Below are positions 20,007-31,166 of a stretch of DNA of 64,000 nucleotides, piece after piece. A model generated the notes under the pieces. It had not been told where the DNA came from and made no database searches. It worked only from the letters and a program-made list of their open reading frames with translations. Made by a program: the position numbers and the translations under genes. The DNA comes from an uncultured Candidatus Saccharibacteria bacterium. GTDB taxonomy: Bacteria > Patescibacteriota > WWE3 > UBA101185 > UBA10185. Each line of letters starts with the position of its first letter. Position 1 is the first letter of the stretch. Location: NCBI GenBank assembly GCA_964490125.1, contig CAZBAJ010000001.1, positions 3,573-67,572 on the forward strand, read 5' to 3'.

Positions 20007-22091
20007 ATGGCTGTAGATCCTACTATTAAAAAAGAATATCCGTTAGATAAGATAAGAAACATTGGGATTATTGCCCACATTGACGCGGGAAAGACCACTA
20101 CTACCGAGCGGGTTTTGTATTACACCCACAAGTCGCACAAAATTGGTGAAGTGCATGAAGGCGTGGCTCAAATGGACTGGATGGCGCAGGAACGAGAGCG
20201 GGGAATTACCATTACCTCCGCCGCTACTACCTGTTTTTGGAACGACCACCGGATTAACATTATCGATACTCCAGGGCATGTGGATTTCACCGCGGAAGTA
20301 GAAAGATCCCTTAGAGTTTTGGACGGCGGTGTAATTTTGTTTGACGGTTCGCAGGGTGTTGAGCCCCAGTCAGAAACCGTCTACCGTCAAGCAGAAAAGT
20401 ACCATGTACCCCTGCTCTTTTTTGTCAACAAGCTGGATAAAGTGGGTGGGGATTTTTACATGACTTTGGAGTCTATTTCCCAACGGTTAACTAATAAAGC
20501 GGTAGCGCTTCAACTCCCCATTGGAGTTGAAGGCGATTTTAAAGCCGTCATAGATTTATTGGAGAAAAAAGCTTACCAGTTTGCGGGAAAACTTGGGGAA
20601 GAGATTACAGAAGTACCAATTCCGCAGGACATGCAGGAAAAAGTAGAAAAATACCGCAAAATCTTGGTGGAAAAAGTGGCGGAGTCAAGTGACGCGTTAA
20701 TGGAAAAATACCTTGGCGGAGAAGAGCTATCCGTGGAAGAAATTAAAACAGGCATTAGGATTCTTACTATTTCCTCCAACCTGTATCCTATTTTCGGCGG
20801 AGCGTCGCTTGCCAACATAGGTGTACAAAAACTGTTGGACGGGGTGGTAGCTTACCTTCCGTCGCCTCAAGATATAAAAACGGTAAATGCCCACAGCCTT
20901 ACGGGTGAGGAGCAGAAGCTTGCTATTGACGAGTCAGGCGATTTTGCGTCGCTGGCATTTAAAGTCCAAACGGATCCGTATGTCGGTAGACTTACATATT
21001 TTAGAGTTTATTCAGGAAAGGTGATAGCGGGGTCGTACATCTATAACTCCACCAAAGGTAAAAAAGAGCGACTTAGCCGGATTTTGCTTATGCATGCTAA
21101 CCATCGCGAGGAGGTTAAAGAGGTTAAAGCGGGAGAAATTGCCGCCGGTGTTGGACTTGCGGAAACGGTTACGGGCGATACTTTGTGCGACGAAAAAAGT
21201 CCGGTATTGTTGGAAGCCATAAGTTTTGCTGAACCCGTTATAGGTCTTGTGGTGGAACCTAAAACTAAAACCGACCGTGACAAGCTTGGCGAGTCGCTTA
21301 AAAAGTTTTTGGAGGAAGATCCCACGCTTAAACTTAAAACGGACGCAGAAACATCACAAACCGTATTATATGGTATGGGAGAGTTGCATTTAGAAATTAT
21401 TGTCGACAGATTAAAACGCGAATTTGGCGTGGAAGTTAATACCGGCAAACCGCAAGTAGCCTACCGTGAAACTGTTAGAAAAACAGTGGAGAAAGAAGGT
21501 AAGTATATTAGACAATCGGGTGGACGCGGTCAATACGGGCATGTCTTTATTAAAATGGAGCCTATGGAGCGGGGTAACGGTGTGGAATTTGTTAATAAAA
21601 TTGTAGGTGGTTCTATTCCTAGAGAGTACATTCCGGCGGTGGAAAAAGGTATTAAAGAGGCTTCGGAAACCGGTATTTTGGCAGGCTATCCGGTGGTAGA
21701 CATCAGGGTTAGTTTGTTTGACGGATCTTTCCACGAGGTCGACTCGTCTGAAATTGCCTTTAAGATTGCGGCCAGTGAGGCTTTTAAAGACGCCCAGCGC
21801 GCTGCAGACCCTTATTTATTGGAGCCAATTATGAAGGTTGAAGTTATAACTTCGGAGGAATTTATGGGCGATGTTATAGGCAATTTATCCAGTAAGCGCG
21901 GGCAAATAGAAGGTAGTGAGATGCGTGGTAATGCTAGGGTAATAAGCGCGCAAGTGCCTCTTTCCGAAATGTTTGGTTACGCTACAGATTTGCGCGGTAT
22001 GACGCAGGGTCGGGCAAGTTTCACCATGGAACCCAGCCACTACGCCGAGGTTCCCGCAAGCGTGGCCGCGTTAATTGTTAAGAAGCCTTAG
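20007..22091 (+). CDS. fusA: Elongation factor G
   Basis: [33 protein letters not shown]. Confidence 0.99.
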   Translation: MAVDPTIKKEYPLDKIRNIGIIAHIDAGKTTTTERVLYYTHKSHKIGEVHEGVAQMDWMAQERERGITITSAATTCFWNDHRINIIDTPGHVDFTAEVERSLRVLDGGVILFDGSQGVEPQSETVYRQAEKYHVPLLFFVNKLDKVGGDFYMTLESISQRLTNKAVALQLPIGVEGDFKAVIDLLEKKAYQFAGKLGEEITEVPIPQDMQEKVEKYRKILVEKVAESSDALMEKYLGGEELSVEEIKTGIRILTISSNLYPIFGGASLANIGVQKLLDGVVAYLPSPQDIKTVNAHSLTGEEQKLAIDESGDFASLAFKVQTDPYVGRLTYFRVYSGKVIAGSYIYNSTKGKKERLSRILLMHANHREEVKEVKAGEIAAGVGLAETVTGDTLCDEKSPVLLEAISFAEPVIGLVVEPKTKTDRDKLGESLKKFLEEDPTLKLKTDAETSQTVLYGMGELHLEIIVDRLKREFGVEVNTGKPQVAYRETVRKTVEKEGKYIRQSGGRGQYGHVFIKMEPMERGNGVEFVNKIVGGSIPREYIPAVEKGIKEASETGILAGYPVVDIRVSLFDGSFHEVDSSEIAFKIAASEAFKDAQRAADPYLLEPIMKVEVITSEEFMGDVIGNLSSKRGQIEGSEMRGNARVISAQVPLSEMFGYATDLRGMTQGRASFTMEPSHYAEVPASVAALIVKKP

Positions 22092-22255
22092 TTCCCAAAC
22101 CGTCTTGTCCACAGGACGAAAACACAGTATTTTTGTCCTACAAACCCGTTTTTGAGGACAAATTTGGTGAAAACCTACGGGGGTGTTGCTTTTTGTATAA
22201 GAATTTGCTTAACTATGCAAGCTAAAGTCAATAAAATTTTAAAGAAAGGACTTTT

Positions 22256-23434
22256 ATGCCAGAATATGTAAGAACTAAACCACATGTAAATGTTGGAACC
22301 ATGGGTCATGTTGACCATGGAAAAACCACTTTAACCGCAGCTATTACCAAGGTATTAGCTGGCAAGGGAGGCGCCCAGTTTAGAGCGTACGACTCTATTG
22401 ATAGCGCGCCAGAAGAAAAAGCCAGAGGTATTACCATTAACATTGCTCATATTGAGTATGAGACAGAAAAGCGTCACTACGCGCATATTGACATGCCGGG
22501 TCATGCGGACTATATCAAGAACATGATTACCGGTGCCGCTCAAACCGACGGTGCTATTTTGGTAGTTTCCGCACCCGATGGTCCAATGCCTCAAACCAGA
22601 GAGCATATTTTGTTAGCCAAGCAGGTGGGTGTTCCCGCAATTGTCGTGTTTTTAAATAAGTGCGACATGGTGCAGGACAAGGAGATTTTGGACTTGGTAG
22701 AAATGGAAGTAAGAGAGCTATTAACCAAGTACGGTTTTGATGGTGATAAGGCGCCAGTTATTAAAGGTTCCGCGGCTAAAGCGCTGGAAGGCGATCCAGA
22801 ATCTATAAAAGCCGTAGAAGAATTGATGAAAGCCGTTGACGAGTATGTACCTACATCGGTAAGGGAGATTGACAAGCCGTTCTTAATGCCCGTAGAGGAT
22901 GTTTTCTCTATTAAGGGCAGAGGTACAGTAGCTACAGGGAAAATTGAGCGGGGTATTATTAAAGTAAACGAAGAGATTGAAATTGTAGGTATTAGAGAAA
23001 CCAAAAAGACCGTAGTTACCGGAGTTGAAATGTTTAAGAAAAGTTTGGGAGAGGGTCAGGCGGGCGACAATGTTGGAATCTTGCTTAGAGGTATTGAGCG
23101 GGACGACATTGAACGCGGACAGGTATTAGCCAAGCCCGGTACGGTTAAACCTCACTATGAGTTTGAGGCCGAGTGCTTGATTCTAACCAAAGAAGAGGGC
23201 GGACGGCACAAGGCGTTCTTTACAGGTTATAGGCCGCAATTTTACTTAAGAACTACCGATGTGACTGGTGATATTACTTTGCCGGAAGGTGTGGAAATGG
23301 TTATGCCTGGTGACAACGCTAAGTTTAAAGTCAAACTTATTACCCCGGTAGCTATAGAAGAAGGTTTAAGGTTTGCTATTAGAGAAGGCGGACATACTGT
23401 GGGTGCAGGAGTTGTGACAAAGGTTATTGCTTAA
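22256..23434 (+). CDS. tuf: Elongation factor Tu
   Basis: [28 protein letters not shown]. Confidence 0.99.
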   Translation: MPEYVRTKPHVNVGTMGHVDHGKTTLTAAITKVLAGKGGAQFRAYDSIDSAPEEKARGITINIAHIEYETEKRHYAHIDMPGHADYIKNMITGAAQTDGAILVVSAPDGPMPQTREHILLAKQVGVPAIVVFLNKCDMVQDKEILDLVEMEVRELLTKYGFDGDKAPVIKGSAAKALEGDPESIKAVEELMKAVDEYVPTSVREIDKPFLMPVEDVFSIKGRGTVATGKIERGIIKVNEEIEIVGIRETKKTVVTGVEMFKKSLGEGQAGDNVGILLRGIERDDIERGQVLAKPGTVKPHYEFEAECLILTKEEGGRHKAFFTGYRPQFYLRTTDVTGDITLPEGVEMVMPGDNAKFKVKLITPVAIEEGLRFAIREGGHTVGAGVVTKVIA

Positions 23435-23441
23435 GGATAAA

Positions 23442-23765
23442 ATGGCCGTAAAAGAAGTTAAGAAACAGAATATTAAGATTCGTCTTAACTCGTACGACCA
23501 TAGGATTATAGACTTAAGTTGTGGCAAGATTGTTGATGTGGCTGTAAGAACCGGGGCCCAAGTTACGGGACCGGTTCCTTTGCCCACTAGAATTGAAAAG
23601 TACACAGTTATCAGAGGGCCTCATATTGATAAAAGGTCAAGGGAGCAGTTTGAGATGAGGACTCACAAAAGGTTGCTGGAAGTGGTTGATCCCACGCCAG
23701 CCACCATAGATGCTTTGTCACACCTTAGCCTACCAGCCGGGGTGGGGATTAGCATTAAAGTTTAG
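23442..23765 (+). CDS. rpsJ: 30S ribosomal protein S10
   Basis: [22 protein letters not shown]; ATG at 23442. Confidence 0.98.
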   Translation: MAVKEVKKQNIKIRLNSYDHRIIDLSCGKIVDVAVRTGAQVTGPVPLPTRIEKYTVIRGPHIDKRSREQFEMRTHKRLLEVVDPTPATIDALSHLSLPAGVGISIKV

Positions 23766-23838
23766 TGAGTATTCTGTCCAAATACATGTTGACTAAGAAA
23801 ACAACAAATCAAAGGTAGGTGAATCTGGGAAGAAGTCT

Positions 23839-23866
23839 AAAGGCGCCCAGAGGGCGCCTTTTTGTT
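23839..23866 (+). terminator. Intrinsic terminator between rpsJ and rplC
   Basis: AAAGGCGCCC-AGA-GGGCGCCTTT followed by TTGTT. Confidence 0.8.
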
Positions 23867-23976
23867 ATGTCTAGGATCAAAAATTGGAATTGACTGGAAT
23901 TGATTAGTACAAAGCGCAAAAAAAACACAAAGATAATGAGGTAAAAAGAGAACAAATGATAAGAAAGAATGTAGAT

Positions 23977-24414
23977 ATGGTTAACACACTAACGGGAAAA
24001 AAACTAAATATGTCGCAAATGTTTGCAGGTAACGGTAAAGTGTTGCCTGTGACTTATGTAGCTTTGGATGAAGCTTTTAAGGACAAGTTGGAGGACGATT
24101 TTGTAGGCAAGTCGGTGGTAGTGGTTGGTTATTCTAAAGGCGGGGGTTTTGCCGGTGGAATGAAGCGTTGGGGTTTTAAAGGCGGACCGGCGACTAGAGG
24201 TCAATCTACTTCGCCTAGGCAAAGTGGTTCCATTGGTTCACAGACGCCGGGTAGAGTAAGAAAGGGCAAAAAAATGGCAGGTCATTTAGGTAACAAACAA
24301 GTAACGGTAAAAGGACTAAAAATTGTAGGATTGGAAAAAGAAGCTTTTAAAATAATGGTTTCCGGACCTGTTCCAGGTGCTAGAAACAGTAAAGTTAAAA
24401 TAGGAGTGCTTTAA
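23977..24414 (+). CDS. rplC: 50S ribosomal protein L3 (short, internal deletion)
   Basis: GKKLNMSQMF..LPVT, SKGGGFAG.MKRWGF, PGRVRKGKKMAGHLG, GPVPG; about 145 aa. Confidence 0.95.
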   Translation: MVNTLTGKKLNMSQMFAGNGKVLPVTYVALDEAFKDKLEDDFVGKSVVVVGYSKGGGFAGGMKRWGFKGGPATRGQSTSPRQSGSIGSQTPGRVRKGKKMAGHLGNKQVTVKGLKIVGLEKEAFKIMVSGPVPGARNSKVKIGVL

Positions 24415-24415
24415 T

Positions 24416-25246
24416 ATGGCAATGGTGGTAAAAAAGACGGAGGAAAATAATGACAAAAAGATGGAGTCTAAAATTAAGGTCAGTAAAGAGGTAGCTAAAA
24501 AAACTCCTCGTAAACCAGAACCTAAGACTACAAATAATGAAAATAACAAAGGTACTAACAAGGGCAAAGTTGTAGGCAGTCAACCAAGTAAGGACAAAGA
24601 CTCAAAGAATGTTGACAAAATCAACAAGGAAATTGCAGTAGGCTTGACACAAATTACCCAAACCGACTCTTTTGGTAAAGTTTTTAATGCTGACCCTAAC
24701 CCCGCGCTACTTTCACAATATATTAGGGTTTATCAGTCCAACCAGAGGCAAGGCAATGCCAAAGCAAAAACCAGGGGGGAAGTTTCTGGCTCGGGTAAAA
24801 AGCCTTGGAAACAAAAAGGCACCGGTAGATCTAGGGTGGGAAGCATCAGAACCCCGGTTTGGCGACACGGCGGGGTTTCTCATGGTCCGGTGCCCAAAGA
24901 TTGGGCGCTAAATTTGCCCAAAAAAATGAAATCACAAGCCTTTTTTGTCGCCCTCTCTCAAAAGGTTAGCAAGTCACAAGTTTATATGGTGGATAAAATT
25001 GACTTGCAAGAGGGCAGGACTAAAGAACTCTTGGCTCTAACTAAAGCTTGGAATTTTAAGGGAAGCGTATTAATAGTAATCGCTACGGCAAATTACCCCT
25101 TAGTTAGCGCGTCAGCCAATCTACAAACCATTAAAGTTACAACCTGGGATAATTTAAATGCGTATCAACTAGTCGCCCACAGCTATGTAATTTTTGAAAA
25201 AGAAGCTCTGGAAAAAGTAAAGGAAAAATATGCCAAGAATAACTAA
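24416..25246 (+). CDS. rplD: 50S ribosomal protein L4 with long charged N-terminal extension
   Basis: KTRGEVSGSGKKPWKQKGTGRSRVGS. Confidence 0.97.
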   Translation: MAMVVKKTEENNDKKMESKIKVSKEVAKKTPRKPEPKTTNNENNKGTNKGKVVGSQPSKDKDSKNVDKINKEIAVGLTQITQTDSFGKVFNADPNPALLSQYIRVYQSNQRQGNAKAKTRGEVSGSGKKPWKQKGTGRSRVGSIRTPVWRHGGVSHGPVPKDWALNLPKKMKSQAFFVALSQKVSKSQVYMVDKIDLQEGRTKELLALTKAWNFKGSVLIVIATANYPLVSASANLQTIKVTTWDNLNAYQLVAHSYVIFEKEALEKVKEKYAKNN

Positions 25247-25637
25247 AGTTTTGCAAAATTTAATATCGACGGAAAAGACGACCAAAGCAAAAGAAGGTCA
25301 AAATGTGTATGTGTTTAAGGTTTTAGGTAGCGCATCCCAGGGTTTAGTAGCAAAGGAAGTTGCTCAAAACTACAAAGTGGAAGTGGAAAATGTTAATTTA
25401 ATGATTGTGCCTGGCAAAAAGCGTAGACTTAGAAAAACTCAAAGGTTTACTAGAACCCCAAAATGGAAAAAGGCGTTAGTGCAACTAAAAGAAGGTCAAA
25501 AAATTGAAGAAGTTAAGGATTCAAAAATCTCTAAGGAAGTTAAGGAAAGTAAAAATACTAAAGACACTAAAGATGCTAAGGATATTAAGAAAGACCAGAC
25601 CGTAAAGGCAGATCAAGATAAGGAGGAGAGCAAATGA
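25230..25637 (+). CDS. rplW: 50S ribosomal protein L23 (K/D/E-rich tail)
   Basis: STEK, YVFKV, WKKALVQL; operon position. Confidence 0.95.
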   Translation: MPRITKVLQNLISTEKTTKAKEGQNVYVFKVLGSASQGLVAKEVAQNYKVEVENVNLMIVPGKKRRLRKTQRFTRTPKWKKALVQLKEGQKIEEVKDSKISKEVKESKNTKDTKDAKDIKKDQTVKADQDKEESK

Positions 25638-26461
25638 TTAAAAGCTATAAACCCACAAGTGAAGGTATGCGAACCAGAAGGACGCTCATTAGCGATGTAA
25701 CCAAAGCCCGTCCCCAAAAGTCGCTCATTAAAATTTTAACCGGACCCGCAGGTAGAAATAATGGCAGAATTTCTTCCCGCCACAGACAACGAGGTCACAA
25801 AAAGTTTTATAGAGTTGTTGACTTTAAACGCGGTAAATACGACATCCCCGCAACGGTTACAGCTTTAGAATATGACCCAAACAGAGGTCCTACCATAGCC
25901 TTACTATCTTACGCCGACGGTGAAAAAAGCTACATTTTAGCGCCGGAAGGCTTGCAGGTAGGGCAAAAAGTTATCTCTTCCAAAAATTCCGTGGAAATGC
26001 TACCGGGAAACGCCACCACGCTTGTGAATCTGCCGTTAAGCGCGGAAGTTCACAATGTAGAACTTAACATTGGCGCAGGCGGTCAACTTATAAGAGGAGC
26101 GGGTTCTTACGGCATAGTAATGGCAAAAGAAGGAAAATATGTTAATATTAAGCTCCCGAGCGGGGAAGTAAAAAAGTTTGCCCAGGATTGCATGGCTACA
26201 ATTGGGGTATTATCTAACGGCGATTTGCGAAATAGGGTTTTAGGTAAGGCTGGAATTGGTAGACATTTAGGCATGCGACCTCATATTAGGGGTGTTGCTG
26301 TAGCTAATCCCACAGATCATCCTCACGGCGGTTCTTATAAAGATAAAGGTGTAGGTGCGCCTTCTCCAAAGTCGCCATGGGGTTGGAAGACCAAAGGTAA
26401 AAAGACCAGAAGCAGAACCGTAGGTTTAAAGTATTTAGTTAGCGGTAAAAAGGCAAAGTAA
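25634..26461 (+). CDS. rplB: 50S ribosomal protein L2
   Basis: [19 protein letters not shown]. Confidence 0.99.
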   Translation: MIKSYKPTSEGMRTRRTLISDVTKARPQKSLIKILTGPAGRNNGRISSRHRQRGHKKFYRVVDFKRGKYDIPATVTALEYDPNRGPTIALLSYADGEKSYILAPEGLQVGQKVISSKNSVEMLPGNATTLVNLPLSAEVHNVELNIGAGGQLIRGAGSYGIVMAKEGKYVNIKLPSGEVKKFAQDCMATIGVLSNGDLRNRVLGKAGIGRHLGMRPHIRGVAVANPTDHPHGGSYKDKGVGAPSPKSPWGWKTKGKKTRSRTVGLKYLVSGKKAK

Positions 26462-26463
26462 GT

Positions 26464-26757
26464 ATGTCAAGATCACTAAAAAAAGGACCGTATTTGGATC
26501 CAAGATTAATGGAAAAAGTTAAAAAAGCAGTAGATGCGGGCGACAGAAAGCCCATTAAAACCTGGGCGCGTAGAAGTACTATCAGCCCGGAAATGGTGGG
26601 TTTAACTTTTGAAGTCCATAACGGCAAGCAATTTTTGCCGGTGCTTTGTAGCGAGTCCATGGTAGGTCATAAATTAGGGGAATTTTCCTTCACCAGAAGG
26701 TTCCCGGGTCATTCGTCCAAAAAAGGAAAGGAAACAAGTGCAAAAGAGAGTAAATAA
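26464..26757 (+). CDS. rpsS: 30S ribosomal protein S19
   Basis: [20 protein letters not shown]. Confidence 0.99.
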   Translation: MSRSLKKGPYLDPRLMEKVKKAVDAGDRKPIKTWARRSTISPEMVGLTFEVHNGKQFLPVLCSESMVGHKLGEFSFTRRFPGHSSKKGKETSAKESK

Positions 26758-27091
26758 TCCAAAATGTGTTTATAAGTATGCCAAAATCTCACCAAAAAAG
26801 GTGATGCCGGTGTTGACTGCGGTAAGAAAAAAATCCGTTGCTGACGCGGTAAATTTCTTGACTTTTGATACTACTAAAGCTTCCAAAATGGTCTTAAAAG
26901 CATTATCTTCTGCCATAGCAAACGCCAAGCAAAAAGGATTAGCAGAAGAAGGATTAGTTATTCACAAAGCTACTGTTGATACAGCGCCAACCGCCAAAAG
27001 AGGTCACCCTGGTTCAAGGTCGCACTATTCTAGAATTTTAAAACGGAGTTCACATATTACCATGGAAGTTGGGCAAAAGGAGGGTAAGTAA
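26738..27091 (+). CDS. rplV: 50S ribosomal protein L22
   Basis: [20 protein letters not shown]; GTG start uncertain. Confidence 0.93.
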   Translation: MQKRVNNPKCVYKYAKISPKKVMPVLTAVRKKSVADAVNFLTFDTTKASKMVLKALSSAIANAKQKGLAEEGLVIHKATVDTAPTAKRGHPGSRSHYSRILKRSSHITMEVGQKEGK

Positions 27092-27723
27092 TGGGTCATA
27101 AAATAAATCCTACCGGTTTTAGAATGGGCATTAATAAGGACTGGACTTCCCGCTGGTATTTAAGCAAAAAAGCGGTTGCGCCCGCCTTACTAGAAGATTT
27201 TACTATCAGAAAATTTCTTACCAAGAGATTTGAAACGGCGGGAGTAAAGTGCATAGAAATTGACAGGTCATTAAACGATGTAGCGGTTACGGCAAGAGTT
27301 TCTAAACCTGGCGTGGTTATTGGTAGGGGTGGTGCAGGCGTGGACGAGGTTAGAGATGAGCTTAAAAAAATCACCAAAGTAAAAACCAGCTTGACGGTGG
27401 AAGAGGTAAAAAACGCTGAAACCGATGCTCAATTGGTGGCGGATTATATTACCAGACAATTAAAAAGAAGACTACCTTACAGACGGGTTATGACCTCCGC
27501 AATAAATTCTGCCATGGAACGCGGAGTTAAGGGGATTAAAATTAGGCTGGCCGGGTTGTTAGGCGGACCTATGAGTATCGCCAGAACAGAAACTTTGGCG
27601 CAAGGTTCTGTGCCGTCTCAAACTATAAGGGCAGACATTGATTTTGCAAAAATGGATTGTCTTATGCCGTACGGCAAAGTTGGCATAAAAGTTTGGATTT
27701 TTAAAGGACTAAAGGAGATTTAA
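27091..27723 (+). CDS. rpsC: 30S ribosomal protein S3
   Basis: [26 protein letters not shown]. Confidence 0.99.
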   Translation: MGHKINPTGFRMGINKDWTSRWYLSKKAVAPALLEDFTIRKFLTKRFETAGVKCIEIDRSLNDVAVTARVSKPGVVIGRGGAGVDEVRDELKKITKVKTSLTVEEVKNAETDAQLVADYITRQLKRRLPYRRVMTSAINSAMERGVKGIKIRLAGLLGGPMSIARTETLAQGSVPSQTIRADIDFAKMDCLMPYGKVGIKVWIFKGLKEI

Positions 27724-27725
27724 TT

Positions 27726-28136
27726 ATGTTAATGCCTAAAAAAGTTAAATACCGTAAGCAAATGCGGGGCATAAACAAGGGCATGGCGCTTAGGGGTTTT
27801 ACCATTGCGTACGGGGATTACGCCATAAAAGCTATGGACAGGGGTTTATTGACATCCAGACAGATTGAAGCGGCCAGAAAAGCCGTGTCTCACGCCACAA
27901 AAAGGGGCGGTAAGCTTTGGATAAGGGTTTTTCCCGATAAAGCCGTTGCCAAAAAAGCCAATGAAACCAGAATGGGAAGTGGAAAATCCCCCACCGATCA
28001 TTACGCGTGTATTATAAAACCTGGCAAAATTATTTTTGAAATTGGCGGAACCACGCAAGAAGTCGCAGAAAAAGCTTTATGGACAGCAGGCAGAAAATTG
28101 CCAATTAGGACTAAATTTATTAAGGAGGGCGAGTAA
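27726..28136 (+). CDS. rplP: 50S ribosomal protein L16
   Basis: PKKVKYRKQMRG, WIRVFPD, RMGSGK. Confidence 0.99.
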   Translation: MLMPKKVKYRKQMRGINKGMALRGFTIAYGDYAIKAMDRGLLTSRQIEAARKAVSHATKRGGKLWIRVFPDKAVAKKANETRMGSGKSPTDHYACIIKPGKIIFEIGGTTQEVAEKALWTAGRKLPIRTKFIKEGE

Positions 28137-28372
28137 TGAGTGTTAAAAAATTTATAGGTCAAGTAGTGTCGACAAAAATGGTTGGTACGGTGGTAGTGGC
28201 GGTTGACGCGTCAAAAAGACACCCTGTCTACCGGAAAATGATTAAAATCACAAAAAGAATTAAAGCACACACTACTGACAAATATGCCGTGGGCGATTTA
28301 GTGGAAATACAGGAAACCAAACCGTTTTCTAAAGAAGTAGCATTTAAAGTTGTAGGAAAGGTTACAAAATAA
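28136..28372 (+). CDS. rpsQ: 30S ribosomal protein S17
   Basis: GQVVSTKM, HPVYRK, ETKPFSK. Confidence 0.97.
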   Translation: MSVKKFIGQVVSTKMVGTVVVAVDASKRHPVYRKMIKITKRIKAHTTDKYAVGDLVEIQETKPFSKEVAFKVVGKVTK

Positions 28373-28378
28373 CAAATT

Positions 28379-28747
28379 ATGTTGCAAAGAGGTAGCACAC
28401 TTAAAGTGGCAGACAATAGCGGAGCCAAACTTCTAAAAGTTATTGGGACTTTGGGTAACTCCAGGCTTAAATTTATGGGTATTGGGGACACGGCAGTGTG
28501 CGCGGTAAAAGGTGCCAGTTCAACCGGCGTTGTAAAAGATCATTCAATAGTAAAAGCGTTAATTGTGCGGACTAAAAAAGAAATTAGGAGACAAGACGGT
28601 AGCTATGTAAGGTTTGATGATAACGCTGGAGTGGTAATTAATAACGACGACAACATGGTAGCCACAAGAATTTTTGGTCCTATTGCTAGGGAAATTAGGG
28701 ACGCGGGTTATTTAAAAGTTGCTTCATTGGCTAAGGAGGTTTGGTAA
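28379..28747 (+). CDS. rplN: 50S ribosomal protein L14
   Basis: VADNSGAK, FDDNA, TRIFGP. Confidence 0.99.
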   Translation: MLQRGSTLKVADNSGAKLLKVIGTLGNSRLKFMGIGDTAVCAVKGASSTGVVKDHSIVKALIVRTKKEIRRQDGSYVRFDDNAGVVINNDDNMVATRIFGPIAREIRDAGYLKVASLAKEVW

Positions 28748-28801
28748 GTTTGACAGGTTTGGTAAATAGACCGTAAAAAACTACCAATTAAGGTTAAATC
28801 T

Positions 28802-29113
28802 ATGAAAATAAGAAAGGGCGACAAAGTAAAAGTTATAGTGGGAAAAGACGCCGGTAAACAAGGTAAGGTTTTACTTACCCTAAAAGATAGGGAAAAAATT
28901 GTGGTAGAAGGCGTAAATATTGTCAGCAGACATGTTAAACCGGGCAAAGTTTCTAAAGAAGGTGGCATTATTAAAATAGAAAAGCCCATTGCAGTAAGTG
29001 ATGTCATGCTGGTTTGTCAAAAATGCGGAAAGCCGGTGCGGGTCGGGTTTTCTATTGCGGGTGAAAAAAAGTATCGGGTGTGTAAAAAGTGCGGGGAGGT
29101 CTTTACGTCATGA
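28802..29113 (+). CDS. rplX: 50S ribosomal protein L24
   Basis: KGDKVKVIVGKDAGKQG KOW motif, VEGVN. Confidence 0.98.
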   Translation: MKIRKGDKVKVIVGKDAGKQGKVLLTLKDREKIVVEGVNIVSRHVKPGKVSKEGGIIKIEKPIAVSDVMLVCQKCGKPVRVGFSIAGEKKYRVCKKCGEVFTS

Positions 29114-29652
29114 GCGATTTACATAAAAACTATACCGACAAAGTAGTCGGACAACTTAAAAAAGATTTACAGCTGGAAAATGCCATGCAGGTGCCGGCAG
29201 TAAAAAAGATAGTTATTAACGCCGGAATAGGTAGTATTAAGGACTCAAAAGAGGCGCTGGAAACTTTTGTAGCGGAACTTACCGCGTTAAGCGGACAAAA
29301 ACCGTCGCCCAGAAAAGCCAGATTAAGCGAAGCGGGTTTTAAAATAAGAAAAGGGGAAACTGTGGCTTATACAGTTACTCTGCGGGGAAAAGCCATGTGG
29401 GCGTTTTTAGACAAGCTAAATAATGTGGTTTTGCCAAGAAGCAGGGGTTTTTGGGGATTAAATAAAGATGCTTTTGACGGTCAAGGGAATTATTCACTAG
29501 GTATTAAAGAGCATACGGTGTTTCCGGAAGTCAACCCTAATACTGTTAAAGCAATAAGATCCATGCAAGTTACCGTCTGTACAAATGCCAAAGATGACAA
29601 CAAGGCTTACGCTCTGCTAAAATCTCTGGGCTTTCCGTTTAAGAAGGACTAA
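29110..29652 (+). CDS. rplE: 50S ribosomal protein L5
   Basis: [23 protein letters not shown]; ATG at 29110 overlaps rplX stop. Confidence 0.98.
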   Translation: MSDLHKNYTDKVVGQLKKDLQLENAMQVPAVKKIVINAGIGSIKDSKEALETFVAELTALSGQKPSPRKARLSEAGFKIRKGETVAYTVTLRGKAMWAFLDKLNNVVLPRSRGFWGLNKDAFDGQGNYSLGIKEHTVFPEVNPNTVKAIRSMQVTVCTNAKDDNKAYALLKSLGFPFKKD

Positions 29653-29653
29653 T

Positions 29654-29839
29654 ATGGCAAGAAAATCGTGGCTAGAAAGAATGAAACGAGAACCAAAATT
29701 TGGAGTCCAAACCTATAATAGGTGCGGTATTTGTGGCAAACCAAGGGCGTATATGCGCAAATTTGGGATTTGCAGAATTTGTTTTAGGGAACTTGCCCAC
29801 AAGGGCGAAATTCCCGGAATAAGAAAGAGTAGCTGGTAA
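29654..29839 (+). CDS. rpsN: 30S ribosomal protein S14 (zinc-binding type)
   Basis: [21 protein letters not shown], 61 aa. Confidence 0.98.
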   Translation: MARKSWLERMKREPKFGVQTYNRCGICGKPRAYMRKFGICRICFRELAHKGEIPGIRKSSW

Positions 29840-30246
29840 TGAGTACAGATAATTTATCTAATTTATTAAGCACGGTAAAGAACGCCTCTATGGCGGGTCG
29901 ACCGTTTTTTGAGACTGCCTATTTTAAACAGGGTAAAGAGATTTTGGAAGTTCTTAAAACTGCCGGACTTGTTGCGGATGTAAAAGTCTTTAAGCAGGAG
30001 GATACGGGTTTTAAGGGTTTGCATGTTGATATGGTTGTTGACGCCTCGGGATTGGTTAAGCGGTTGGAGATAGTAAGACTTTCTAAGCCGGGTCATAGAG
30101 TTTACCAAAGCTGCAAAAACTTTTTAAAGGTAAAAGCAGGACTTGGTATTTTAGTAGTTTCTACTTCCCGTGGAGTAATGGGTGGGGAAGAAGCTAAAAA
30201 AAGAAAGTTAGGTGGGGAACTTATTTGTAAGGCGTATTTTAATTAA
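29839..30246 (+). CDS. rpsH: 30S ribosomal protein S8
   Basis: SKPGHRVY, STSRGVM, GGELIC. Confidence 0.97.
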   Translation: MSTDNLSNLLSTVKNASMAGRPFFETAYFKQGKEILEVLKTAGLVADVKVFKQEDTGFKGLHVDMVVDASGLVKRLEIVRLSKPGHRVYQSCKNFLKVKAGLGILVVSTSRGVMGGEEAKKRKLGGELICKAYFN

Positions 30247-30254
30247 GGTTTATT

Positions 30255-30806
30255 ATGTCAAGAATTGGTAAAAGAACATTACTAGTACCGGAGGGCGTTG
30301 AGGTTAATGCTACCGGTAGAGATGTTAAAGTTAAGGGTCCAAAGGGTGAGCTTAGTGTAGTTTTGCCTATGGGCATTATGGTAAAGGTTGACGGGGGTTC
30401 GCTGACGACAAACTTAATGGACGAAAGCAAGGCTAAATTACTATCACCCTCCTGGGGATTAGCAAACGCTTTAGTTAATAACGCTTTGCAAGGAGTTAAA
30501 ACCGGTTTTACTAAAAAGTTAGAGCTAAGTGGAGTTGGTTACCGGGCTAAAAAGACTGACAAGGGAATTTCTATGACTTTGGGTTTTTCTCATCCGGTGG
30601 AGTTTGATTTGCCAAAAGGTATAGAGGTTAATGTAGAAGATAACACTCAACTTACGGTGTCCGGTATAGATAAGCAGTTGGTAGGGTTAGTTTCCGCCCA
30701 AATTAGAAAGCTTAAAAAGCCGGAGCCTTATAAAGGCAAAGGAATTAAGTATTCAACCGAGGTTGTTAGAAGAAAACCTGGTAAAGCAGGAAAGGCGCAA
30801 AAATGA
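30255..30806 (+). CDS. rplF: 50S ribosomal protein L6
   Basis: MSRIGK, GVGYRA, PEPYKGKGI. Confidence 0.99.
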   Translation: MSRIGKRTLLVPEGVEVNATGRDVKVKGPKGELSVVLPMGIMVKVDGGSLTTNLMDESKAKLLSPSWGLANALVNNALQGVKTGFTKKLELSGVGYRAKKTDKGISMTLGFSHPVEFDLPKGIEVNVEDNTQLTVSGIDKQLVGLVSAQIRKLKKPEPYKGKGIKYSTEVVRRKPGKAGKAQK

Positions 30807-31165
30807 TCTCAAAAGTGATAGCCAGAAAATCAAATAGAGAGCGACGCAAAGTGCGGATCAGGAAAAAGATCCAAGGTACAGCTTTGTCGCCCAGACTTAC
30901 ACTTTTTAGGTCAAACAGGTATATTTATGGACAAATTATTGACGACACTGCGGGCAAAACATTAGTTGCCAACAGCGCGGAAGTCACGGATTTGCACAAG
31001 GGCGTAAAAAAATTGGACGCATCCAAAAAGTGCGGTCAAGCGTTGGCAGAAAAAGCCGTCAAAGCAAAAATTAAGAAAGTAGTGTTTGACAGAAATGGTT
31101 ACATTTACACGGGTAGAGTAGCAAAATTTGCAGAAGGCGCCCGCGAGGGAGGTTTAGAATTTTAA
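30803..31165 (+). CDS. rplR: 50S ribosomal protein L18
   Basis: PRLTLFRSN, VFDRNGY.Y.GRV, AREGGLEF. Confidence 0.99.
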   Translation: MISKVIARKSNRERRKVRIRKKIQGTALSPRLTLFRSNRYIYGQIIDDTAGKTLVANSAEVTDLHKGVKKLDASKKCGQALAEKAVKAKIKKVVFDRNGYIYTGRVAKFAEGAREGGLEF

Positions 31166-31166
31166 T

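Noticed and set aside
22092-22255. Two hairpins in the fusA-tuf spacer as a possible tRNA or ncRNA
   Set aside because: No cloverleaf or T-loop consensus; probably processing or stability hairpins.
12069-23434. Inteins or introns in rpoB, rpoC, fusA or tuf
   Set aside because: ORFs are continuous and of normal or short length.
28737-28765. 11-bp direct repeat AGGTTTGGTAA at the rplN end
   Set aside because: Only 7 bp apart with no cargo; most simply a local micro-duplication.
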